A DNA stretch of 64,000 nucleotides from an uncultured delta proteobacterium (GTDB lineage Bacteria > Desulfobacterota > Binatia > Binatales > Binataceae). Location: contig CAVRJV010000013.1 in assembly GCA_963721485.1 (NCBI GenBank), positions 169,464-233,463 on the forward strand, in the 5' to 3' direction. Of this stretch, positions 1 to 7,908 are shown one piece after another; positions within the stretch are counted from its first letter, which is position 1, and the number at the start of each line of letters is the position of its first letter. Under the pieces are notes generated by a model. The model had not been told where the DNA came from and did no database searches. It was given only the letters and a program-made list of their open reading frames with translations. A program made the position numbers and the translations under genes.

Positions 1-1206
1 CGAGAGAATCGTCATCAGCGCTTGCGCGACGCGCGGATCTTTGCGCATGCTCGTCGTCGATCAAGCCAAGGTTGTCGCGCACCAACTGGTACGTGCTGCC
101 CGAGAGGCTCACGTTCTGCGCCTGGCAGTCGGCGTAAATCGTGATCAGGTTGATCGGATCGTGCTTGAAAAAGTCGGGCTCCGCGATGCTCAGCAGATTG
201 CCCTGGACGATCACGCCGGGACGAATCTTGCGGGTCGGCGTGCGCCGGAAAAATCGTCCGCCGGCACTGTTCTCGGTGACGCGCGCGATCAGGCCTTCGG
301 CGAAGCGATGGATCGTCGATGCATGCTGGTAGTACGCGCGCATCAGCGCTGAGCCCGCCGGCCTGTCCCTCCTCGGGCTTGAAGCCGAAGCAGCGGCTCG
401 ATCCGTTCCTGCATCTCGAAGGTCATCTGATCGAAGTGGCGTCCGGTCAGGAAATGGAGCGAATTGCGCACGCGCCAGAGAAAATCGCGCGCCTCGATCA
501 CCTCAGCCGCTTCGGGCTCGGTGATGACAGCCTTCTGCACCAGCTCTTCGAGCGAATGGACTTTGTATTTGACCTTCGCCAGCCACATCGCGGTGTGAAG
601 ATCGCGCAGGCCGCCTTCGCCTTCCTTGATTTGCGGCTCGAGCAGGTAGATCGAATCGCCATACTGGGCGTGGCGTTTGCGGCTTTCCTCGAGCTTGGTG
701 GCGAAGAACTTGTCCTGGTTGCGATTGAGGACCTCGGCGATGAGCAGCTTGTCGAGATCGGCGTAGAGTTTTTCGTCGCCGCACAAAAAGCGCGCGTCGA
801 GGATCGCGGTCTTCTCCTTCAGGTCATCGTTGGCGAGCCGCACGCATTCCTTGGCCGTGCGCACGCCGTGGCCGACGATGAGGCCCGCGTCCCACAGCGC
901 GTGCAGAATTATTTCGGTGACGATTTCGGCATAAGGACCGCGCTTGTAGTCGTGCAGAAACAGCAGATCGACGTCGGATTGCGGATTCAGCTCGCCGCGT
1001 CCGTAGCCGCCGCGCGCGACCACTGAGAGTTTCTGGTTCAGCTTGGGAGCGCGCCGGCCGTGCTCCGCGTCGGCGTAGCGATACAGCGCGCGCAGAAGAT
1101 CGTCCATCGCGGCGGTCATCGCGGCCGTGATCTCGCTGCCGCTGGCGCCGGCGAAATGACGCTCGGCCAGCTCGGCGCGGACCGATTGCGAGATAGGCGC
1201 GCGCAT
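1..1206 (-). CDS. glnD: [protein-PII] uridylyltransferase GlnD, N-terminal ~400 aa (3' end off-window), frame-interrupted
   Basis: ORF 343..1206 has the nucleotidyltransferase core (GGYGRGELNPQSDVDLLFLH; LEPQIKEGEGGLRDLH). Similarity continues to nt 1 in other frames (ALMRAYYQHASTIHRFAEGLIARV; RKDPRVAQALMTILS). This implies at least 3 frame changes, near 375, 345 and 45. Confidence 0.85.
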
Positions 1207-1317
1207 CGATGCCGGGAGTCTTGCTGGCGACGAATTGTGCGAGCAGCGCGTCCTGGCCGCGCGGCGAAGATACGGCGGATGCGACAGGCTCGGCGCGATT
1301 CGCGCCCGTGACGAGGC

Positions 1318-2586
1318 TCACAGATTTCCCACGGCGAGATCGGCGTTGAAGATAGTGCACGACCGCCGTCGCGATCGCGCCGGCCAGCACGTCCTGGTAT
1401 TGCGCCGACGCAAGGCGCGCGGCTTCAGCAGCATTCGACATGAAGCCGCATTCGACCAGCACGGCCGGCATATGCGCGCCGACCAGCACGTAAAATGGTC
1501 CCATCTTCGCTCCCAGCGCGTTCACGTTCAGTCCAAGTCCGGCATCAAGGTCGGCGACCGTTTGCGCGTCGATCATTTTGGCCAGCGACGCCGCTTCCGA
1601 CGCCTTATAGTTCTGGCGCAGGTCGGTCAGGATGTAGTTTAAGTTGGAGGCGTCCGGTGCGCCATAGCCGTCGGCGCCGCCGTTCTCCATTCGCGCCAGC
1701 CGAATCGTCGCGCGGTCGGTGGTGTTGTTCAGGTAATAGACTTCGATTCCGGTGGTGTCGGCGTTCGGACTCGAATTGAGATGGATCGAAACGAAGAGGT
1801 CGGCGTCGGCGCTATTCGCAATTCGGGTGCGCTCGGCGAGGCTGATGAAAACGTCGGTCGAGCGCGTGAGCTCTGCGCGGATGCCGCGGGCTTCCAGAGC
1901 GGCTTTGAGACGCGTCGCGATCTGCAGCGCGAGGTCCTTCTCCTGCGCGCCGGCCGACGATTGCGTGCCGGGATCGTAGCCGCCGTGACCCGGATCGATC
2001 ATCACGAGGAAGTGACCTGGCTGATGATTGTTCTCGTCCAAGGCGACGGGCGCCGCGCGATTGGCTGCGGTGCGAGCGCGAACCGGCCGCGGATTCTCCG
2101 CCGGTTCGAATGCGACCGGACGCGCGATCGATGGGGCAGGGCGTCGCGGCGCATCGTTGTGAACGATAATCGGCGCCGCGATATTCGGATCGGCGCCAGC
2201 GGCCGCGACTCGCAGCACGATTTCATTTCTGTTTTTGCAGCCGCGCGATCGCGTAGTCGGCTTTTCCGATCACTTCGACGACGATTCGCGAGTTGCCATC
2301 CGACTCGATCGCGCGGACGCTGGCGATCGGCGCAGTTTCCTAACCGAACAGCGGCCGCGGCGGTATCGCGATGCGCGTGTGTGCGCAGTTCGATCCAGAG
2401 TTCGCTGCCGTGCGTGCTGAGATCGAGCCGTGGAGTTGGCCCGCTGAAGCCGAAATGGAGTTCGAGAGTCGGCCCGCGATGCTCGATTCGCGCGGAGGTC
2501 AGCACCGACGCGGGAACACTGGCGCGTGCGAGCGCAACCATCGCACAAATCGTCGTCGCCGCAACCGCTATTATTCTCCGCACCAC
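1318..2586 (-). CDS. amiC: N-acetylmuramoyl-L-alanine amidase with N-terminal AMIN-like domain (AmiC-like), frame-interrupted
   Basis: The Amidase_3 core is in ORF 824..2218 (MIDPGHGGYDPG, DLFVSIHLNS, GIEVYY, VLVECGFMSN). The signal peptide and AMIN-like beta domain lie in two other frames (VVRRIIAVAATTICAMVALA; IASVRAIESDGNSRIVVEVIGKADY). The stop at 1318-1320 is proposed after removing one G from GG 1342-1343 (..VVHYLQRDLAVGNL*). Uncorrected, the ORF runs on to 824 across glnD. Confidence 0.8.
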
Positions 2587-2705
2587 CGCCGCGTGTCCAC
2601 TAGCCTCAAGGATAGCGGCCGACTGTGGCGATTGCGACAACCCGCCTTCCCTTCGCAGGGAGAGGGGAAAAGGGACGCGCGCCAAAACGAGCGGCCTCAA
2701 AGTGC

Positions 2706-5288
2706 TCACTTCTCTTGCTTAAGGCGGGAGGCGAGGCGGGCGAGGGCGTTTAGGGCGTCCATCGGGGTCATGCGCTCGAGATCGAGTGCGCGCAGTTCGT
2801 CGACGATGCGTTCTTCGCGTGGAGAGAAGAGGCCGAGTTGGGGCGCGGGGGATTTTGGCACGGCGGTCGCGCGCGATTCGCGGCATCCCGGCCTCGTCGA
2901 GTTCGCCTTGTTCGAGGTTGGCCAGAATCTCTCGTGCGCGGGTGATGATCGAATCGGGCAATCCGGCCAGCCGCGCCACTTCGATTCCGTAGCTGCGCGA
3001 TGCCGGCTGCTCGATCACGCGGCGCAGAAAAATCACCTCGTCGCCCCATTCGCGCACCGCCATGCTGAGGTTCTTGACCCGCGGACGCTCGCGCGCGAGG
3101 TCGGTCAGCTCGTGGAAGTGCGTCGCGAACAGTACTTTGGCGCGGGTCTGATCGTGCAGGTACTCGGCGACGGCCCACGCGATCGCGAGGCCGTCGAAAG
3201 TGCTGGTGCCGCGGCCGACTTCGTCGAGCAGCAGCAGGCTGCGCTCCGACAGGCCCTTGAGCAGGCGCGCCGTCTCGCTCATCTCGACCATGAAGGTGGA
3301 TTCGCCGCGGCGAAGTTCGTCGCGCGCGCCGATTCGCGTCAGCACGCGATCGATTAGCCCGATCGTCGCCTCGGCGGCGGGAACGAAGCTGCCGATTTGC
3401 GCCATGATCGCAATCAGCGCGACCTGGCGGAGATAGGTCGACTTGCCGGCCATGTTGGGGCCGGTGATCAGCAGGATTTGGCGCGTGTCGGGCTCGGCGT
3501 CGAGGTCGTTGGGCACGAACTCGCCCGCGCGCATCCCGGCTTCGAGCACCGGATGGCGTCCGTCGCGCACGCGAATCCGCAGGCCGGTGTTGATCTTCGG
3601 GCGCACGTAGCCGCGATGCCGCGCGACTTTGGCCAGCGACATCACCGCGTCGAATTCGCCAACGGCGCGAGCGGTTTCGAGGATCATCGCGGCGTGCGAC
3701 TGCAGGTCGCGCAGCAGCTTGGTGAAGATCTGCAGCTCGAGTTCCTTGAGCGCCGATTCTGCTGTGAGGATCTTTGCGCTCGAGTTCCTTGAGCGCCGGC
3801 GTGGTGAAGCGCTCGGCGCTGACCAGCGTCTGCTTGCGCTCGTAGTCGGCCGGCACGCGCTCGAGATTGGGCTTGGTCACCTCGATGTAGTAGCCGAAGA
3901 TATTGTTGTAGCGGACCTTGAGCGATGGAATCGCGGTGCGCTCGCGCTCGGTCGCTTCCAGCTTCGCGATCACGCCGCGCGCGCCCGAGGCGAGGCCGCG
4001 CAGTTCATCGACCTCGGCACTCAGGCCCGCGCGAATAACGTTGCCGTCGCGCGGATTCACCGGCGGTTCGTCGGACAGCGTCGCCGCGATTTGCGCGACC
4101 AGCGCGGGCATCGGCGAGATTCGCGCGACCTGCTCGCGGATAAGCGGGCTCTTGAGCGCGCCCATCGCCTGTTTGAGTGAGTCGGCCGCCGCAGAGCGCG
4201 TCGCCGAGGCGCAGGCAATCGCGCGGCGACGCGCGCATCGCGCCGATTCGTCCCGCCAGCCGCTCGAGGTCGCCGATGCGCTTCAACGATTCCGCGCAGC
4301 GTGCCGCCCAGGTCGGCGTCGAAGAGCTCTTCGAGCGCGTCGTGCCGCGCGTGAATCGCGTCGAGCGCGAGCAGCGGATAGATGATCCAGTTGCAAGCGT
4401 GCGCGCGCCGACCGCAGTCAGCGTCTCATCGAGAATCGACAGCAGCGAGCCCCTTGCGCGCGCCGTCGGTCGAGGCAATCAGCTCGAGATGCCGCCGCGT
4501 GGTCTCATCCACCACCATGTACTCGGCGATTCGGTAGAGGCGCGGCGCCGCGATATGCGCGAGGTCGCGGCCGAAGGTTTCTTCGACGTAGAGCAGCGCG
4601 ATTCCCGCCGTGTGCGCGATCGATTCGCTCAACTCGGTCGCAGCGCTCGCGAACCGATTCGAGAACGCCGCAGTCGCTCGGTCGGCGCCGAAGCGATTCG
4701 TGATCGAGCATCGTCTGAGGACAGTTCAGATCCTTGAGCAGCGCGCTCAACTCACCGTCCCGCGCGGCGATTACGATTTCGCGCGGCGCGATGCGCGCGA
4801 TTTCCTCGCACAGCGTCGTAGCCTCGCGAACTCTGCGTCACGAGGAACTCGCCGGTCGATACGTCGAGCGCCGCAAGCGCGAAGCCTGTCGCTTCCGCGC
4901 CTGTAACCGCGACCAGGTAGCTCTTCTCCGCCGCCGTCAGCACCATCTCTTCGCCGACGGTGCCGGGCGTGATCACGCGGACGATTTGCCGCGGCATCAG
5001 TTTCGGAGTTTTAGGATCGGGCGTGCCTTGCTCGCAGATCGCGACCTTGTGGCCGGCCTTCAGCAGCTTGGCGATGTAAGGTTCCGCACAATGGTAGGGC
5101 ACGCCGCACAGCGGCACGCCGTCCTTGTTGCGCGAGGTGAGTTGGATATCAAGCACGCGCGCGCCGACTTCAGCGTCCTCGAAGAACATCTCGTAGAAAT
5201 CGCCGAGGCGGAAAAACAGGATCGCGTCGGGGACGCGCTGCTTGACGCTCAGGTACTGCGCGATGAGGGGTGTTTGCTTGACTGCCAC
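2706..5288 (-). CDS. mutS: DNA mismatch repair protein MutS, frame-interrupted (at least 5 frame changes)
   Basis: The N-terminus MAVKQTPLIAQYLSVKQRVPDAILFFRLGDFYEMFFEDA is in ORF 4752..5288. Middle domains are spread over ORFs 4505..4750, 4426..4632, 4005..4478 and 2768..4165. The ATPase domain (GPNMAGKST, DEVGRGTS, ATHFHEL) is in ORF 2719..3687. The C-terminus ..MTPMDALNALARLASRLKQEK* ends at 2706. Confidence 0.9.
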
Positions 5289-5763
5289 TGACGCGATTGC
5301 GCCTCACAATAGCCGTGGCGGACGAAATGGGCAAAACTGCATATGGGGCGCATCCGGGGCCGGCGCAATGACAAAAGGCGGCGCGTCCACTCTTCGCGCC
5401 CGATGTTAGAGCGATAATAGGTTGGTCTGCTAATGACGCGCGCGCCTTTTTCATCAACGGCACGAAATCAGTCTCGTCGAAGGCACCCGGAAGGCTTATG
5501 TCCTTGTCGCCTAAATGCACGCCTAGCTGGCTGGCATCCTTTTGGAGTTGCTCCATTAGCAGATCATAGAACCTGATCACGCAGTCTTCGTTTTCGACCA
5601 TCGCGCGACCCCACTCTGCGAACGCCACCGAGTGCTGACCACTCAGATATTCGAAAAGTTGAGACCATTGGTCGGCGGTCGCCTCTCTTGCAAATGGAGG
5701 TCTCCCGCTATATGCGGCTGCGAGTTGTTGATTCGTCAACTTCTCAATTCTGGACTTATCCAT
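5170..5763 (-). CDS. hypothetical small helical protein (cassette gene 4); 3' end uncertain
   Basis: ATG 5763 is preceded by GGAGG with a 7-nt spacer (MDKSRIEKLTNQQLAAAYSG..). The lower-GC coding signal fades near 5400. The frame stays open to 5170, inside mutS, which is probably not real. A terminator-like hairpin lies at 5380-5400. Confidence 0.5.
   Translation of the reverse strand: MDKSRIEKLTNQQLAAAYSGRPPFAREATADQWSQLFEYLSGQHSVAFAEWGRAMVENEDCVIRFYDLLMEQLQKDASQLGVHLGDKDISLPGAFDETDFVPLMKKARASLADQPIIALTSGAKSGRAAFCHCAGPGCAPYAVLPISSATAIVRRNRVSGSQANTPHRAVPERQAARPRRDPVFPPRRFLRDVLRGR
5366..5400 (-). terminator. possible intrinsic terminator after the cassette
   Basis: On the minus strand the sequence reads GGCGCG-AAGAGTGGA-CGCGCC followed by GCCTTTTGTCATT. 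The stem is short (6 bp, all GC). Confidence 0.3.
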
Positions 5764-5826
5764 CGAGATTCCTCCGCACAGATCGAATAGCTCATAACTG
5801 TACTGAGTCCCACCCAAGTTGACCGG

Positions 5827-6810
5827 CTATAAAGGATGCTCCTCGACTGGATTCTCCGTGGAGAAAACATGGAAACCACCGAGGTGCAGACCCAAGTTGA
5901 AACGCTGATCGAGGCCGAACTCTAAGTAGTCGCCAAAGTCCGCGGCGCTGGTCACTCGCGTCCCAAGGATTGTAGACTTGATGAAATCTAGAGTGCAGGG
6001 TGCACCTTCGACGTTCTTCACGCATGTTGGAGCGGCCAGCGGCGTCACGTTAAGCTCGATTCCCTGGCCGAACTCGGCGCGGCTTCCTGTGAAGCGGCAT
6101 ATAACCTCCTCCGAAAGTTCCATCATCGTCGTACCGTCCTCTGCTGCAACGAGGTTCTCAACCGCATGCCCGGCGAGGCAGGAGTACATCTCGCCGAAAG
6201 ACGACACCCAACCCTGCGGAAAAATGAAGTAACGCCCCTCTCGCGTCACTTCCTCGTGGCCCTCGAAATCCGAAACAAGCGAATAAATGAAATCGAAAAA
6301 AGCGGGTGCCGTGGCCAAATCGGCGAACTGAAGCCGCACTCGCGCGCGAACACCGATAAGGCTGCGCTCGAGCATGCGAAACACAGTGTCCGGCATAAAG
6401 GCTAACTGACGCCCCTTAAGCGGCGGAATCAATCCCATGTTATGCGACGTGGCCCAGGATTCGCAGCCGCCGCTAAAGCCCATAGGCGAAACCAACAGCC
6501 CGAGATAAAGAGTTCCCATCGAATACTTGTTCATTGTGCGCACAACGGCAGCCCACTCCTGCACATGCGCGGGCTCCGCGCGCCTTGACAGTTCCTTGCA
6601 ACTCACGAGCAGCGTCACTTTAGGGTCGCTGAGCAACTCCGCGACCAAAACATCCACCTCTTTTCTCGGCGGCCCCTTGAAGGCTGCGACCTCCGGAAAC
6701 AGAGCGCTCTCGACCTGCACGGTTTTATTATGCTGCACTTCGACGGACGGCCCCAGAATCTTTCGGGCAATCTCGAAGCAGCGTTGTTCGAGTTCATTCT
6801 TAAAGTTCAT
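5827..6810 (-). CDS. Mrr-like PD-(D/E)xK restriction-endonuclease-fold N-domain fused to an unknown C-terminal domain (cassette gene 3)
   Basis: This is an intact 327-aa ORF. The N-terminal ~130 aa follow the Mrr catalytic-domain pattern: FEIARKILG .. EVDVLVAE (D53) .. TLLVSCKE (S70-C-K72) .. GLLVSPMGFSGGCESWATSHNMGLI. Residues ~130-327 carry no motif I recognise. Its ATG overlaps the stop of the upstream gene (ATGA at 6807-6810). Confidence 0.7.
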   Translation of the reverse strand: MNFKNELEQRCFEIARKILGPSVEVQHNKTVQVESALFPEVAAFKGPPRKEVDVLVAELLSDPKVTLLVSCKELSRRAEPAHVQEWAAVVRTMNKYSMGTLYLGLLVSPMGFSGGCESWATSHNMGLIPPLKGRQLAFMPDTVFRMLERSLIGVRARVRLQFADLATAPAFFDFIYSLVSDFEGHEEVTREGRYFIFPQGWVSSFGEMYSCLAGHAVENLVAAEDGTTMMELSEEVICRFTGSRAEFGQGIELNVTPLAAPTCVKNVEGAPCTLDFIKSTILGTRVTSAADFGDYLEFGLDQRFNLGLHLGGFHVFSTENPVEEHPL

Positions 6811-7190
6811 CTGAACACCTTTTCACCCGAGGCCAACACCATCCCCGGTTCAAGCTTCTCGGCCCGAAGCTTCCTCAGGGTGTCGCCATCCCGAATTACG
6901 AAAACAGCGTCTGCGGTGACCGAAAATACTTTTGCTCCAATCTGCTTGCGAATCACCCGGACGGGAAATCGGGGGCGCGAAATCTGAATGACAGGATTCG
7001 CGATGAACTCCCCGCTGTCAGTCGGACTCATCTCGTAAATGTCTAGACCGCCGACGTAGATAACAACGCCAACATCGTCATCGACCAAAATCCGCCCGCC
7101 ATCGCGTCGGAGCCCATCGACCAGAACATCGACATCCACGGACTTCCCGCTGCTGTCGACCAGCGTCACCTGTTCCTTTGGGATCGCCAT
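6807..7190 (-). CDS. hypothetical small beta-rich protein (cassette gene 2)
   Basis: A 127-aa protein starts at ATG 7190 (MAIPKEQVTLVDSSGKSVDVDVLVDG..), 1 nt after the stop of gene 1. The computed ORF 6807..7349 extends upstream, but that part overlaps gene 1 and looks non-coding. No family was recognised. Confidence 0.6.
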   Translation of the reverse strand: MAIPKEQVTLVDSSGKSVDVDVLVDGLRRDGGRILVDDDVGVVIYVGGLDIYEMSPTDSGEFIANPVIQISRPRFPVRVIRKQIGAKVFSVTADAVFVIRDGDTLRKLRAEKLEPGMVLASGEKVFR

Positions 7191-7191
7191 A

Positions 7192-7530
7192 TCACTTTTT
7201 CCGGTTTGCGATTTTCCCGCGAACCTCCGCCAGGATTGACTCGCGTTGCTGCTCCGATAGCTGGCTTGGGTTTGGCTGAGAGCTACCCTGCACCGGCAGC
7301 AGCCTCGGATCCCCTTTCTCGTCTCCGCCGATGACGTAACCGGGATCACCCTCGATAACCATCATCCGAATCCGCGATTCGCACCTAGGACAAATCACGT
7401 ACTCATCCTCGAAAGGAGGCATAATCGTGACAACGCCACCACAGTTGCAATTGAGCGGAAACGGCTTCGCACCCTCCAGAGCAGCGCCGGCCACAAAGGT
7501 ATACAAATCAAATTCCATTTTCTTAGGCAT
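7192..7530 (-). CDS. hypothetical zinc-ribbon-like protein with basic C-terminal tail (cassette gene 1)
   Basis: This is an intact 112-aa ORF. It has four Cys arranged as C28-x-C30 .. C47-x-x-C50 (LNCNCGG .. ICPRCES). These are followed by a polar low-complexity stretch and the tail ILAEVRGKIANRKK. Confidence 0.6.
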   Translation of the reverse strand: MPKKMEFDLYTFVAGAALEGAKPFPLNCNCGGVVTIMPPFEDEYVICPRCESRIRMMVIEGDPGYVIGGDEKGDPRLLPVQGSSQPNPSQLSEQQRESILAEVRGKIANRKK

Positions 7531-7908
7531 GGGCGATCTCTCAGACCCGGAATCAATATAGTGCTTCAGCGCCCATTCTACCTCGATTCACCAGGCCGCG
7601 CGCCGCCTCTTCGGGCTTGCACCGACCTCCAGAGACCCCGCCGTCATCTCAAACCGCAGCCCCGGCCACCGCTCGCGCATCCGCAAGAGCGCGATCCAAG
7701 TCGACCAATCCTCGCTGATGAAACTGAAGGCCACGACCGGCTCAGTCCCGTTCGGTCTTCGCGCCGCTGCCCATCGACGAGGGGCGCAAATAGTAAGCGC
7801 CGCACGCCCACTTTTCGCTTTGCCGAATACATCTCGATTTACTATGGTGCGGGTGTTAAGCAGGCACTAACGTCACAGCGACACATCACCGACAGGAGAT
7901 TAGGAAAA

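Noticed and set aside
824-1317. The amidase ORF continuing about 500 nt through the glnD start, giving an apparent long gene overlap.
   Set aside because: The extension translates to Arg-rich nonsense. Removing a single base at GG 1342-1343 gives a normal AmiC C-terminus and a stop at 1318.
3736-3798. A perfect 20-nt direct repeat, CTCGAGTTCCTTGAGCGCCG, at 3736-3755 and 3779-3798 inside mutS. It looked like a duplication or a mini-repeat array.
   Set aside because: In the mutS reading frame both copies encode ALKELE within ..TPALKELERKILTAEESALKELELQIF.., a plausible native coiled segment. There are only two copies and no spacer-repeat periodicity.
2706-5288. Disrupted mutS (and polA at 49313-51914) as evidence for a natural mutator or repair-deficient lineage, or for programmed frameshifting.
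   Set aside because: The same kind of breaks affects two dozen unrelated essential genes, including argS, folD, gcvP and lptD. They are clustered in blocks and fall in homopolymers where diagnosable. Consensus error is the simpler explanation until reads say otherwise.
6807-7190. The C-terminal 40 aa of cassette gene 2 (FSVTADAVFVIRDGDTLRKLRAEKLEPGMVLASGEKV) look like the first strands of a Hint/intein domain.
   Set aside because: The protein ends immediately afterwards. There is no N-terminal Cys/Ser nucleophile context and no downstream Hint blocks. Many small beta-barrels give the same pattern. I keep it as unassigned.
7644-7832. The listed 62-aa ORF (minus strand), and the long plus-strand ORF 7561..8676 upstream of the aldehyde dehydrogenase start.
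   Set aside because: Both have Arg/Pro/Gly-rich, low-information translations. The aldehyde dehydrogenase clearly begins at ATG 7909 with an upstream AGGAGA.
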